Positions 10,289 to 20,546 of a DNA stretch of 64,000 nt are shown one piece after another. A model generated the notes under the pieces. The model was not told the origin of the DNA. It ran no database searches and was given only the letters and a program-made list of their open reading frames with translations. Where the stretch lies: positions 1-64,000 of the forward strand of contig CAXXYH010000004.1 of the NCBI GenBank assembly GCA_963677925.2. The letters run 5' to 3'. The DNA comes from Spirochaetia bacterium (lineage in GTDB: Bacteria; Spirochaetota; Spirochaetia; UBA9216). The translations under genes were made by a program, and so were the position numbers. The stretch's first letter is position 1, and each line of letters opens with the position of its first letter.

Positions 10289-11701
10289 TTAGTAGTCTTC
10301 AAAATATTTTTCAATTTCCGCAGCTGCGATTTTGGCTTCATAAAAACCTGTCAGTTTTGTATCGCGGACCATGGCAAGGTAGCTGTAGGCTGCTGATTTC
10401 ATATCCCTTATAAAATACAGCTCTGCGATGTAAAAGAGAAGCTTATTTCTGATATTTATATCCTCTTCTTCCTTAATCATACGCAGGGCATAGGTATCAT
10501 AATTGCTCTCACGGAATGAGCGAAGAACATGGTAGTAGATATTATCAACCGGAATATAGTCCATCGTCTTTTTAAGATAGTTTGCCGTCTTTGTTTTGTC
10601 TCCCTGACGCATCACTGCAAGTGAGGCCGCGGCAAGAAAGGCGTATTCCTCAGGTTCAGCACGAAATGCCTTTTCAAAAGACTTACGGCTCTCATCCCAG
10701 TCTTCCATTATGAACTGAATTGTAGCAAGTGAGCTGTACGCAAAGTAGTAATCCGGTTTCAGTTCAAGCAGTTTCCTGTAATCTGCAGCGGCCAGTTCAA
10801 GCTCACCCATATCATCGTAAATACCGGCGCGGAAAACATAGGAATAAAAATTATCAGGATTAAGCTCGATGGCCCTTGTAAAATCATCAAGAGCACCCTG
10901 ACGATCACTTATTTCACGGACCCGAAGACGGCCGCGATCGATATAGTGCCAGAAGTAGTCGGGCTCAAGGTTGATTGCTGAGGTCAGATCAGATTCAGCC
11001 CCTTTGGAGTCTCCAAGGGCAGCTCTCACATTGCTCCGGTCAAGATATGTGAAAGGATTCCCCGGTTCAAGCTCAACAGCCCGATCAAGGTACTCCCTGG
11101 CTTTTTCATATTCTTCCTGCCTCACAAGCGTACTTCCGTAACCAGTAAGCGCAACTATATTATCCGGATCCGAGGCAATTGCAGATTCAAAAAGCTCTCC
11201 GGCCTTTTTCAGCTTGCCTTCTGAAAGATAAAGCGAACCGCGGATAGCCGAAGCGTCTGCGTTGGAAGGATTCGCCTCTATTGCTTTTTCAAGGAAGTCT
11301 TTTTCAGAATCAATATCACCGAAGATCCCCTTTACAAGCGCCATGTTAAGCAGGGCATCAGAGTTACCCGGATCTTTTTCCAGAAGCTTTGCAAGGACCT
11401 CTTCGGCCTTTTCGTATTCGCCGTTCGCCATCAGAATACCGGCATATGCATTCAATGATTCAGCATCATCTGTCTTAATTTTTTCAAACTCTTCTGCTGC
11501 AGCAGCAGTATCTCCGGCTTCCATCAGCTTCTGAATCTGCTCGTATGAAGGGGCTGTATCCTCAGGTTTCTCTACCTGGCCTTTTTCAGGGACAGTCTGA
11601 TCGGCCGGACCCTTTTGCGGAAGGGTGTTGCAGGCACTTAGCATAAAAATCACTGCCGCAGCAGCACAGAACAGCCGGGCATAAACAGAGCAGAACTTCA
11701 T
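10289..11701 (-). CDS. TPR-repeat lipoprotein
   Basis: Lipobox LSAC; tandem 34-aa TPRs (e.g. ALDDFTRAIELNPDN, AAADYRKLLELKPDY). Confidence 0.85.
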   Translation of the reverse strand: MKFCSVYARLFCAAAAVIFMLSACNTLPQKGPADQTVPEKGQVEKPEDTAPSYEQIQKLMEAGDTAAAAEEFEKIKTDDAESLNAYAGILMANGEYEKAEEVLAKLLEKDPGNSDALLNMALVKGIFGDIDSEKDFLEKAIEANPSNADASAIRGSLYLSEGKLKKAGELFESAIASDPDNIVALTGYGSTLVRQEEYEKAREYLDRAVELEPGNPFTYLDRSNVRAALGDSKGAESDLTSAINLEPDYFWHYIDRGRLRVREISDRQGALDDFTRAIELNPDNFYSYVFRAGIYDDMGELELAAADYRKLLELKPDYYFAYSSLATIQFIMEDWDESRKSFEKAFRAEPEEYAFLAAASLAVMRQGDKTKTANYLKKTMDYIPVDNIYYHVLRSFRESNYDTYALRMIKEEEDINIRNKLLFYIAELYFIRDMKSAAYSYLAMVRDTKLTGFYEAKIAAAEIEKYFEDY

Positions 11702-11776
11702 ACTTCCTCCATAAAGCTCTACTATATAAGATTATCCGTGCTTGATAAAGGGTTGGAAATATAGGGCAGAAAACAT

Positions 11777-12694
11777 TCACTCACACCAGCTAAGCGGGGC
11801 AACATCCAGATCAACCCCACAGTGTTCATGAATAACTTCAGCAAGATTATCCCATAATTCACGCCGCGGATGAGTCTTTCTAAAGCATAGAACAATATCC
11901 CGTTTAAACTCCGAGTCTGATACCGGCTTATAGGATATTCCCGGTTCAGCGTGATCCGGAACTGCAAGTTTGGGGATAAGAGTAATACCGGTACCGAGCC
12001 GGACCATCTGCCTCAGGGTTTCAAGCCCCGTAGCTCGGAATGATTCATGTTCTCTGGCTCCGTATTTACCGCATAAATCAAGGGCCTGATCACGGAAACA
12101 GTGGCCGTCGCCAAGCAGCAGAAGCTGCTCCCCTTCCAGATCGGTTCCGTCCACACATGACCGTCCGGCCCAGGAATGGGTATCCGGAACCGCAGCATAA
12201 AATGCTTCTGAGAACAGAGGCAGTACATCGACTCCTGGCAGGTCCTGAGGATGAGCAAGCAAAACCGCATCCTGTTCGCCGTTTAAAAGCTGTTCCTGCA
12301 GGATTTCAGTTTTTTCCTCCGTCAGAAAAAAGCGGATTCCGGGATACTGCGCCTTAAATATCCCGGCCAGCCTGGGGATAAGCCAGGGGCCCAGAGTCGG
12401 GAAAACACCTATCCTGATGGTTCCTGAAAAGGGATCACTGAGAGCCTCGGCTCTCTGCTTCAGCTCCCCTGCTTTTTTCAGTATATCAAGCGCAAGTCCG
12501 AGCGCCTCTCTGCCGAAGTCAGTCAGCATAACTTTTCTGGTACTGCGCTCGAACAGAGGATGCCCGAGCTCCTCTTCGAGTTTTTTAAGCTGGCCGCTGA
12601 GCGTAGGCTGGCTTACATAGCAATGCTCCGAAGCAGAGCGGAACGTACCATATTTTTCAACTGCAATAAAATATTCAAGATCACGTAAATTCAT
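11777..12694 (-). CDS. oxyR: Hydrogen peroxide-inducible regulator OxyR (LysR family)
   Basis: MNLRDLEY...CYVSQPTLSGQLKKLEEELG; GHCFRDQALDLC carries both redox cysteines; divergent from ahpCF. Start moved from 12709. Confidence 0.92.
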   Translation of the reverse strand: MNLRDLEYFIAVEKYGTFRSASEHCYVSQPTLSGQLKKLEEELGHPLFERSTRKVMLTDFGREALGLALDILKKAGELKQRAEALSDPFSGTIRIGVFPTLGPWLIPRLAGIFKAQYPGIRFFLTEEKTEILQEQLLNGEQDAVLLAHPQDLPGVDVLPLFSEAFYAAVPDTHSWAGRSCVDGTDLEGEQLLLLGDGHCFRDQALDLCGKYGAREHESFRATGLETLRQMVRLGTGITLIPKLAVPDHAEPGISYKPVSDSEFKRDIVLCFRKTHPRRELWDNLAEVIHEHCGVDLDVAPLSWCE

Positions 12695-12711
12695 ATCGCT
12701 ATTATACATTG

Positions 12712-12777
12712 ATAGGTAATACCTAACAATCCCATAGAAACAAACGATTTTACATCATTTTTAAAAAATGTTAAAAG
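12712..12777 (+). promoter_or_regulatory. OxyR binding site and ahpC promoter
   Basis: ATAG-N7-CTAA-N7-ATAG-N7-CGAT (12712-12748) matches ATAG-N7-CTAT-N7-ATAG-N7-CTAT. It abuts TTTACA(12749)-17 bp-TAAAAG(12772), with TGn. Confidence 0.8.
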
Positions 12778-12813
12778 TTATTAACGATAAATAATACTAA
12801 ATGGAGTTTTTAA

Positions 12814-13380
12814 ATGCAGACAATAATTAACAGTATAATCCCTGAGTTCACAGCAGAAGCCTTTCATAAGGGTGAGTTTAAAACAGTTACCAATGAAGAT
12901 CTCAAAGGAAAGTGGTCAATCCTCTTTTTCTATCCTGCCGACTTTACTTTTGTATGTCCTACAGAGCTCGGCGATATGGCTGATAAATATCCGCAGTTTG
13001 AAGAAATCGGAGTGGAAGTTTATTCAGTAAGCACTGACACACATTATGTGCATAAGGCATGGCATGATGCATCGGATACTATCAAGAAAATACAGTATCC
13101 CATGCTTGCAGATCCTACCGGCTACCTTACAAGAGCATTCGGTGTTCATATTGAAGAAGAAGGACTTGCCTACCGCGGCACATTCTTAATTAATCCCGAA
13201 GGTCAGGTAAAGCTGGCTGAAATCAACGATAACGGTATCGGAAGGAATGCAGACGAGCTTTTCAGAAAGGTTCAGGCAGCCCAGTTTATTGAAGCACATC
13301 CGAATGAGGTCTGTCCTTCCAAGTGGGAACCGGGTGCAGCTACCCTTGAACCGGGACTTGAGCTGGTAGGTAAAATCTAA
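12814..13380 (+). CDS. ahpC: Alkyl hydroperoxide reductase C (2-Cys peroxiredoxin)
   Basis: FFYPADFTFVCPTE and EVCP. Confidence 0.97.
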   Translation: MQTIINSIIPEFTAEAFHKGEFKTVTNEDLKGKWSILFFYPADFTFVCPTELGDMADKYPQFEEIGVEVYSVSTDTHYVHKAWHDASDTIKKIQYPMLADPTGYLTRAFGVHIEEEGLAYRGTFLINPEGQVKLAEINDNGIGRNADELFRKVQAAQFIEAHPNEVCPSKWEPGAATLEPGLELVGKI

Positions 13381-13398
13381 TACAGAAAACAAAAGAAC

Positions 13399-13428
13399 AA
13401 GGCTGCCCCTGACCGGGGCGGTCTTTTT
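13399..13428 (+). terminator. Terminator-like hairpin between ahpC and ahpF
   Basis: AAGGCTGCCCC-tgacc-GGGGCGGTCTT followed by TTT. Confidence 0.65.
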
Positions 13429-13443
13429 CATATGGGGAACATC

Positions 13444-15000
13444 ATGCTGAACGAAACAATATTAAAACAGTTAAAAGAACATTTTTCAGAGCTTGGAAAT
13501 GAAATAACATTGCAGTACCGCATTTCTGCTCATGAAAAGCAGGAGGAACTGGTACAAATGCTGCAGTCGGTAGCTTCTGTATCTGACAAAATCAATGTCA
13601 CGGAGGACAGCAGAACTGCCGATGTAATTCCTTCATTTACAATACGGGTAAATAATGAACCGACAGGAATTTTTTTCCGCGGCATTCCCGGCGGACACGA
13701 GTTTTCAAGCCTGATTCTGGCTATCCTGAATGCGGACGGAAAGGGCAAATGGCCGGATGCTTCTATAACAGCCAGAGTCAGGAATCTGAACGTTCCAGCC
13801 TCTGTTACAACCTATGTCTCACTTTCATGCACAAACTGCCCCGACGTTGTTCAGGCCTTTAACCAGATGTGCCTTATGAATCCCGGCATCACTCATACTA
13901 TGACAGTAGGAGATCTGGCCGGGGAGGAAGTTGAGTCTCTGGGGATTCAGGGCGTTCCTGCAGTTTTTCATGAAAAGTCAATGATTCATTCAGGCAGAGC
14001 TTCATTCGGTGAACTTCTTTCCGCCCTTGAAAAGGAGTTCGGGTTCAGTGATACCGAGAAGGCTGCTGAGCATTCCGATTTTGATGTCGCAGTAATCGGG
14101 GGAGGTCCGGCAGGCTGTGCTGCAGCAATATACTCTGCAAGAAAAGGGCTTAAAACCGCTATTATTGCAGGACGAATCGGAGGACAGGTAAATGATACTG
14201 CGGAGATAGCAAATCTTATTTCAGTTCCTTCAACCACAGGAAGCAGCCTTGCCGCTGATTTACGGATCCATGCTGAACAGTATAATTTATCAATCTTTGA
14301 GAACAGAACAGTTCTATCTGTAGAGCCGTCAAAAGAAGAATCCGGCAATCATTCCATCTTCGCAGAAAAAGAAGAAGTTTTTAAAGCCCGGCAAATAATT
14401 GTTGCAACAGGAGCTTCCTGGAGAAAACTTGGAATCCCCGGAGAAGATGAATACATTGGCAGAGGTGTTGCATTCTGCCCTCACTGCGACGGGCCATTTT
14501 TTGCGGGGAAAGATGTTGCTGTTATCGGAGGAGGGAATTCCGGCGTAGAGGCCGCAATAGATCTTGCCGGCATATGCAGAAATGTTACAGTATTTGAGTT
14601 TCTTGACGATCTAAAAGCCGATACGATCCTTCAGAACAAACTTCAAAGCCTCAGCAATGTAAAAATACAGACCGGAACAAGAACCACTGAAATAACCGGT
14701 AACGGCAGCAGGGCCAATTCATTGAAATGGAAAAAAAGAGACGGTTCACTTTCAGGTGAATTGAAGCTCGACGGAGTTTTTGTCCAGATAGGACTTGTTC
14801 CGAACAGCGGTCCGGTAAAAGATGTTGCTGCCATGAATAAATTCGGAGAAATATTAATCGACACCCATGGGCGGACCTCTGTAAAAGGAATATATGCAGC
14901 GGGAGATGTAACAACTGTACCATATAAACAGATAGTGATAGCTATGGGAGAGGGTGCAAAGTCGGCGCTGACAGCATTTGACGATAGAATACGTTTATAA
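13444..15000 (+). CDS. ahpF: Alkyl hydroperoxide reductase F
   Basis: [43 protein letters not shown]; start after GGGGA RBS. Confidence 0.95.
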   Translation: MLNETILKQLKEHFSELGNEITLQYRISAHEKQEELVQMLQSVASVSDKINVTEDSRTADVIPSFTIRVNNEPTGIFFRGIPGGHEFSSLILAILNADGKGKWPDASITARVRNLNVPASVTTYVSLSCTNCPDVVQAFNQMCLMNPGITHTMTVGDLAGEEVESLGIQGVPAVFHEKSMIHSGRASFGELLSALEKEFGFSDTEKAAEHSDFDVAVIGGGPAGCAAAIYSARKGLKTAIIAGRIGGQVNDTAEIANLISVPSTTGSSLAADLRIHAEQYNLSIFENRTVLSVEPSKEESGNHSIFAEKEEVFKARQIIVATGASWRKLGIPGEDEYIGRGVAFCPHCDGPFFAGKDVAVIGGGNSGVEAAIDLAGICRNVTVFEFLDDLKADTILQNKLQSLSNVKIQTGTRTTEITGNGSRANSLKWKKRDGSLSGELKLDGVFVQIGLVPNSGPVKDVAAMNKFGEILIDTHGRTSVKGIYAAGDVTTVPYKQIVIAMGEGAKSALTAFDDRIRL

Positions 15001-15041
15001 AAATTATTGCTTTTCGAAATCCCGGGCATTAAAATTCGGGT

Positions 15042-16064
15042 ATGTGGAAGAATAAAAGTACATTCGGGTTTCTAATCCTGACACATTTTGTAATGTTATC
15101 AACAGCTGTGAATTTGTATTCGGATGACAACCGGCTCATCTTCAGGATTTCAGTTGAAAATACCGAATCACATGTACAGACAAAAGCTGTCAAAACCTTT
15201 TCTGCCGAGCTGACTGATGCATTTGAGAACCGTCTGGATGTAAGATTCTATCACTCGGCAGGCCTTTTTCGCGACAGCGAAGTGGTCCGCGCTTTAGCAA
15301 GGGGTGACCTGGAGATGGCAGTCCCCGGAACCTGGCAGCTTGACAAATATGTTCCCGAAATCGGCTATCTGCTCATGCCTGATTTTTACGGAGCTGACAG
15401 TGAAGATATAGATGCTTTTTTTGAGAAAGAAGGAGGCCGTGAGTTAATACGGCGTATTGAATACGGCCTTGATGTAAAAATCCCGGGACTGTGGATGGAT
15501 CTCGGACCTGCCCACATTTTCACAACGGATACTCAGATTACTGAAACCAAAGATTTCAGTAATCTCCGAATCAGGGTAGCAGGCGGAATAGCCAATAAAA
15601 AACGGGTTGAGATTTTCGGAGCTGAAGGAATAATAATTCCATGGCCGGATCTGCAGCAGAGGATAAAGGATAAATCAATAGACGGACTTCTGACTACCTT
15701 TGAAACAATCCGGAGCGCGGAACTCTGGAATCTTGGAATCAGATATGCATACGCAGATAATGAATATTTCGCTCAGTATGTACCTCTTGTCTCAAGTTAT
15801 TTCTGGAACCAGCTGTCTGATGAAGAAAAAAAGACCTTTACTGATATATGGAACCGCTCGGCTCTTAACCAGAGGAAGGATGCGGAAAAGGCTCAGGAAG
15901 AAGCGATACATCTGGCACAAAGTAAGGGAATTACTGTCTATTTCCCTGATACCACACAGAAATATGAGGCTTGGAGACTCATTCAATATAGAAGAGACGA
16001 AATATCAGAGGCTCTCAATATCGATCAGGAGTTTCTGAAACTGGTGCAGGAAGTCAAAGAGTGA
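15042..16064 (+). CDS. TRAP-type substrate-binding protein (DctP family) with no dctQM next to it
   Basis: Signal peptide; [10 protein letters not shown]...[24 protein letters not shown]. Confidence 0.8.
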   Translation: MWKNKSTFGFLILTHFVMLSTAVNLYSDDNRLIFRISVENTESHVQTKAVKTFSAELTDAFENRLDVRFYHSAGLFRDSEVVRALARGDLEMAVPGTWQLDKYVPEIGYLLMPDFYGADSEDIDAFFEKEGGRELIRRIEYGLDVKIPGLWMDLGPAHIFTTDTQITETKDFSNLRIRVAGGIANKKRVEIFGAEGIIIPWPDLQQRIKDKSIDGLLTTFETIRSAELWNLGIRYAYADNEYFAQYVPLVSSYFWNQLSDEEKKTFTDIWNRSALNQRKDAEKAQEEAIHLAQSKGITVYFPDTTQKYEAWRLIQYRRDEISEALNIDQEFLKLVQEVKE

Positions 16065-17578
16065 AAACATTAATTAAGATACTGATTCCGCTGACTGTGC
16101 TGATTCTAACAATACTGGTTATTATTTCAATCGGAAAGACCGGATACTCTCAGCTTATTCATGAAGTGGAAACCGATACAGAATACCAGGCAAATCTGTT
16201 TGCAGAGAGGGCTAACCGGATTCTTGAAAATGCTGATATGCTTCTCAGGCTCACCTCTGTCTCTTTATCCGGCATCCAAAACTGGAACGATACATTACCG
16301 ACGTCAATAGAAAGACAGACAAGAAATGAACTCCTGCTTTCTCCTGAAATAGACTTCCTTTCCATTATATCTCCTGACAGAAAAATACTATGGAAAAGCA
16401 TCAATGCTCCGGATTACGGCCACAGTATATATTCTTCTGCTGCGGATATGCACATTAAAAAAGGATTGAAATTCAACATAGCTGTATCTGCATTTGATGC
16501 GGCTGATCCGGATACAATAATTCTGTCACGAACCGCGGTTTCAGAAGGGAAGGTTGAGGCTATTATCATAATTGCACTAAGAGCATCAGGACTTCTTCCG
16601 TTTCAGAACGATCCCTTTTTTCAGGACACCTTTTACCTTGGGCTCACAGACAAAAATTTTAAAACACTTGCTGATACCGGCAAAGCAGCATCAGAAAAAC
16701 CAGACAATCTATTTTCAGAAACCGCAAATGAAATAACAGGCGGATTAAAACTTGAACGAGGAAGGACCTGGATTTCTGCAAGAATTCAGACTAGAAGCTT
16801 TCCGTTTTATGCAATAGCATATAACCGTTTTGACAGCGAAAAAAAGGAAGTAAGAAACCGGATACTGACTCTCAGCCTTATTATTGCTACACTTTATATC
16901 CTTATAATTCTTACAAGTCTGTATATAAATCAGCAGAGGAAAAAGAAACACTTGCAAAAAGTTAATTCAGATCTGAATGAGCTGAACAAACAGAGAGAAC
17001 TGCTGATAAAAGAAGTGCACCACAGGGTAAAGAATAATCTGAGCATGATAAGTTCGATCATCGGTCTGATAATTCAGAATGAAGGACCCTATACCAAACA
17101 GACGCTTGAAAGTCTTTCACTTAGAATAGATGCTATCTCTGACATTCATGAGCGGCTGTACAGCAGCGGCAGTCTGAATAACATCCCGCTTGAAGACTAT
17201 ATAAACGAGCTGGTGTCCAATACCCTTTCGGCAATATGCTGCTTTGAAGTTGAACTTAAGATAGATATTGAACCTGTTACGGTATCCGACAAAAAAGCCG
17301 GCTATATGGGAATCCTTTTAACAGAAATTCTCACAAATGCAGTGAAGTATGGTTTAAAACCTGAAAGTACACTTCTTGTTGAAGGAAAAACAAGCGGAGA
17401 GAAATACACTATAGTAGTTGAAAACAATGGAAATCCGTTTACCGGAAAAACAAAAGGACTGGGCAGCCTTCTTATCGAGGCAATGACCGCCCAGCTTGGA
17501 GCGGAAACACTCCTCGACACCTCAGAGGCTACCCGTTATACCATTACCTTTCCGATTAATAATTCTCCTCTTCCGTGA
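16061..17578 (+). CDS. Membrane sensor histidine kinase (HisKA_2 type)
   Basis: Two TMs flank a periplasmic domain; EVHHRVKNNL H-box, EILTNAVKYG N-box; GTGA overlap with the upstream stop. Confidence 0.88.
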   Translation: MKTLIKILIPLTVLILTILVIISIGKTGYSQLIHEVETDTEYQANLFAERANRILENADMLLRLTSVSLSGIQNWNDTLPTSIERQTRNELLLSPEIDFLSIISPDRKILWKSINAPDYGHSIYSSAADMHIKKGLKFNIAVSAFDAADPDTIILSRTAVSEGKVEAIIIIALRASGLLPFQNDPFFQDTFYLGLTDKNFKTLADTGKAASEKPDNLFSETANEITGGLKLERGRTWISARIQTRSFPFYAIAYNRFDSEKKEVRNRILTLSLIIATLYILIILTSLYINQQRKKKHLQKVNSDLNELNKQRELLIKEVHHRVKNNLSMISSIIGLIIQNEGPYTKQTLESLSLRIDAISDIHERLYSSGSLNNIPLEDYINELVSNTLSAICCFEVELKIDIEPVTVSDKKAGYMGILLTEILTNAVKYGLKPESTLLVEGKTSGEKYTIVVENNGNPFTGKTKGLGSLLIEAMTAQLGAETLLDTSEATRYTITFPINNSPLP

Positions 17579-18584
17579 GGCTTTTGGAAACATTTGCATT
17601 CTCGAATGATGCCATTTCACAGGCAGTCTTTACTCCAAGCTCTACCATGTATCCGCCTATTACTGCACCGGTACCCTCGCCCAGCCGCATATTAAAATCA
17701 ACGATGGGAGACAGTCCCAATTTATCAAGCATCACTCTGTGCCCCCGAACCTTTGACTTGTGTCCGGCAAAGAGGTATTCACTTACAGAATTATCAATAA
17801 GCCAGGCCATCAGCGCTCCGGCTGTTACCGGGAATCCGTCAATCACACAGGCTATTCCCCTGCCCTTCAGGCCGAGAATGAATCCTGCCATAACAGCCTG
17901 CTCAAAGCCTCCTACCTTCCGGATAATATCTTCCGCATCTTTATAAGGGGCGTGTTTTTCAACAGACTCAATGATTACCCTTCTTTTGTTATCAAGCATT
18001 TCATCGCTTATTCCGGTCCCCTTATCGATGATAAGATCAGCCTCAAGGCCTCCGGCTATTGCCATGGCAGCGGCGGTAGTTGTATTGCTGATTCCAAGAT
18101 CACCGATTGCAACAAGCTGATATCCCGCATCCGCGGCCTGTTGAGCCAGCCTTCTGCCGTTTTCAAGACAGAGCGAAGCCTGCTCTGCGGTCATAGCTTC
18201 TGTTTCATGAAAGTTTGCGGAACCGCTGCCCGCCCTGCAGTCAATAATCGAGGAATCGTCAACAGGAGTGAGTATTCCCGTATCCACTGCAACCACATCA
18301 TATCCGCAGTTTTTTGCCAGCACGCTGATACCGGCCCCTCCGGCGGTGACATTTATCAGCATCTGATATGTCACCTCCTGCGGATACATCGACACACCCT
18401 CGGCATTTATTCCATGATCGCTTGCAAAAACATACACTGCCTTCTTATTCAGAACAGGCGGAACAGCCCCCTGTATCAGCGACATCTTCATCGCAAAATC
18501 TTCAAGATCTCCAAGACTCCCGACCGGCTTGGTCAGGTTATCAAGATGATGCTGCATTTTTTCTCTAAGCTGATTTTTATCCAT
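17556..18584 (-). CDS. cobT: Nicotinate-nucleotide-dimethylbenzimidazole phosphoribosyltransferase
   Basis: LTKPVGSLGDLE, FASDHG, GISNTT, VIDGF, MRLGEGTGA. Confidence 0.95.
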   Translation of the reverse strand: MDKNQLREKMQHHLDNLTKPVGSLGDLEDFAMKMSLIQGAVPPVLNKKAVYVFASDHGINAEGVSMYPQEVTYQMLINVTAGGAGISVLAKNCGYDVVAVDTGILTPVDDSSIIDCRAGSGSANFHETEAMTAEQASLCLENGRRLAQQAADAGYQLVAIGDLGISNTTTAAAMAIAGGLEADLIIDKGTGISDEMLDNKRRVIIESVEKHAPYKDAEDIIRKVGGFEQAVMAGFILGLKGRGIACVIDGFPVTAGALMAWLIDNSVSEYLFAGHKSKVRGHRVMLDKLGLSPIVDFNMRLGEGTGAVIGGYMVELGVKTACEMASFENANVSKSLTEEENY

Positions 18585-18607
18585 TATGCTGTATTATTCT
18601 CCCACTC

Positions 18608-19246
18608 TTAATTTCTGATATAATGATCCAGCCATGCCGGTTCAATATTTGTACATTCAATTGCTGTATTCAAATCATCATAAACATTGATGATACAGCT
18701 CCGCCCCTTCTCTACCATAAACTTCCAGCTGAAATTTTGCCTATTTTCGGAACTTCCGCTACAACCTGAAAGCAAGGACAGAATGGTTCGAATTGGTCCG
18801 CCATGGGTCACGATAAGGATTCGGCCAAAGCGGTCATTCCCGGAAATACGCTGCCAGGATTTCAGAACCCGCTGCTCAAAATCCTGCATTGTTTCACCGC
18901 CCGGAGGAGCACAGCCGTAAGGATTTGAAATCCAGTCGCTGAACAGCCTGCCTCCCGAGGACTCAAGCTCTGAATATGAACGGTTTTCCCATTCGCCGAA
19001 GTTCATCTCGCGCAGGTTCTCCATTTCAGTCTCAGGCATGCCTGTCAGCTTTAAATAGGGCTCAACAGTCTGCCGGCAGCGCAGCATAGGACTGCAGTAA
19101 ACAGCGTCAAATCCGGCACCGGCCAGAAAGGGTGCAATTTCAGAAGCCTTTTTCAGGCCTTCATCTGAAAGGGATACATCACTTCCGCCTCCGCAGTAAT
19201 CGCTGCCGAGCCTGTCGCAGTGCCGCAGCAAAACTATCTTTTTCAC
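18608..19246 (-). CDS. cobC: Histidine phosphatase, probable alpha-ribazole/adenosylcobalamin-phosphate phosphatase
   Basis: LLRH, SPMLRCRQT, EMNFGEWE, PPGGE, VTHGG; lies between cobS and cobT. Confidence 0.8.
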   Translation of the reverse strand: MKKIVLLRHCDRLGSDYCGGGSDVSLSDEGLKKASEIAPFLAGAGFDAVYCSPMLRCRQTVEPYLKLTGMPETEMENLREMNFGEWENRSYSELESSGGRLFSDWISNPYGCAPPGGETMQDFEQRVLKSWQRISGNDRFGRILIVTHGGPIRTILSLLSGCSGSSENRQNFSWKFMVEKGRSCIINVYDDLNTAIECTNIEPAWLDHYIRN

Positions 19247-19992
19247 ATAAGCCCCGCAATTGCTGAAGCTGCGGTAAAGAAAACAAGAACTGCAAGTTCC
19301 GTCAGTTCAATCACCGAACCGTAAACATCACCGGTGAGCCCTCCGAGAATTCGTGAAACGACTGCGGCGTATATCATAATCACAAGCAGAGCAGCCGCGG
19401 ATACTATCAGTCCTGTGACGCCGCAGGTTAAAAAGGCAATCAGGATGAAGGACAGTCCTGCAGCCATCGGCTCTCTTTTTCTGCTGTTCTGCTTGAAAAA
19501 TACACCCATCCCGGTTTCCCTCGCGGAGGGAAAGAACAGTATTGCAAGCATTGTTGCAAAGCGGCCGGCAGCCGGTGCAAGCAGAAGGATCATCGGATTG
19601 ATGCTCAGTATCTCAAAAACAAACACTGCTTTTAGCATCAGAAACACAACGAGGGACAGCACGCCGAAGGCTCCGATCCTGCTGTCCTTCATTATCTCAA
19701 GCTTCCGCTCCCTGGTCCGTCCGCCGCCTAGACCGTCGGCAAGATCCGACAGTCCGTCCAGATGAAGGCCGCCGGTGATCACAACCCAGAGGGCTGTGAT
19801 TATTACCGAAGTAACCATGTGTGAAAAAAAGGATACAGGAATCAAGGCGGCAGTATATAGGACTGCGCCGATGAGCAGCCCGGTAAGCGGATAAAATACC
19901 GTCGCCCCGGCTACCGCCTTCATATCCTCGCCTTCTTTGTAGGGAATAGGTATAACGGTAAGGAATCTTATCGCATAAATTAAGCGTTTCAT
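19243..19992 (-). CDS. cobS: Cobalamin (5'-phosphate) synthase
   Basis: TGGLHLDGLSDLADG, IMKDSRIGAFG, GGLTGDVYG. Confidence 0.95.
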   Translation of the reverse strand: MKRLIYAIRFLTVIPIPYKEGEDMKAVAGATVFYPLTGLLIGAVLYTAALIPVSFFSHMVTSVIITALWVVITGGLHLDGLSDLADGLGGGRTRERKLEIMKDSRIGAFGVLSLVVFLMLKAVFVFEILSINPMILLLAPAAGRFATMLAILFFPSARETGMGVFFKQNSRKREPMAAGLSFILIAFLTCGVTGLIVSAAALLVIMIYAAVVSRILGGLTGDVYGSVIELTELAVLVFFTAASAIAGLM

Positions 19993-20546
19993 TTAAGCCT
20001 CTGCGGAATTCCGGCAGTCATCAGATAAACCTCATCGGCAGCCGCGGCTATCATCTGGTGGCAGATGCCGCTTATATCCTGAAATAATCCGCCGAGATAA
20101 GTAGGTGCAACAAGACCGCTTTCAACCTGGTTTGAAATAATAATAAGCTGTGAATCAGGATCAGAGCTTCCGCAGGCCCCGATAATATTTTCAATTTCAG
20201 CAGTAACCGCGTTCTGTGATTTCTGCCGATCCGGGTCCTCACCCAGCTGCATGATGATGTTAGTGGCAAGCATTGTGAAACAGTCAAGGATTACAGCAGA
20301 AGCTCCTGCAGCTGCTTTTTCAATAATAGACGATGGGACAAGCGGTTCTTCAAATGTCAGCCATTCGGACGGTCTTGACTGCCTGTGCCTTTTTATCCTG
20401 TCTTCCATCCCCTCATCAAGGGCCTTTGCGGTCGCGATATATGAAACATTTTTTCCGGATGCTTTCTGCGCATCAGTTCCAAGTTTCTGGGCAAAGCCGG
20501 TCTTTCCGGTTTTTGTTCCGCCCAGAATAAATATCAGTCTGCTCAT
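19989..20546 (-). CDS. cobU: Adenosylcobinamide kinase/guanylyltransferase
   Basis: GGTKTGKT P-loop, YIATA, DEGMEDRIKRHRQSRP, ADEVYLMTAGIP. Confidence 0.92.
   Translation of the reverse strand: MSRLIFILGGTKTGKTGFAQKLGTDAQKASGKNVSYIATAKALDEGMEDRIKRHRQSRPSEWLTFEEPLVPSSIIEKAAAGASAVILDCFTMLATNIIMQLGEDPDRQKSQNAVTAEIENIIGACGSSDPDSQLIIISNQVESGLVAPTYLGGLFQDISGICHQMIAAAADEVYLMTAGIPQRLK

Noticed and set aside
17760-18611. 283-aa plus-strand ORF, the longest alternative ORF
   Set aside because: Lies antisense to cobT and has no recognisable motifs. The same applies to 34701..35453, 46387..46965, 49321..49851, 50323..50841 and the other nested ORFs.
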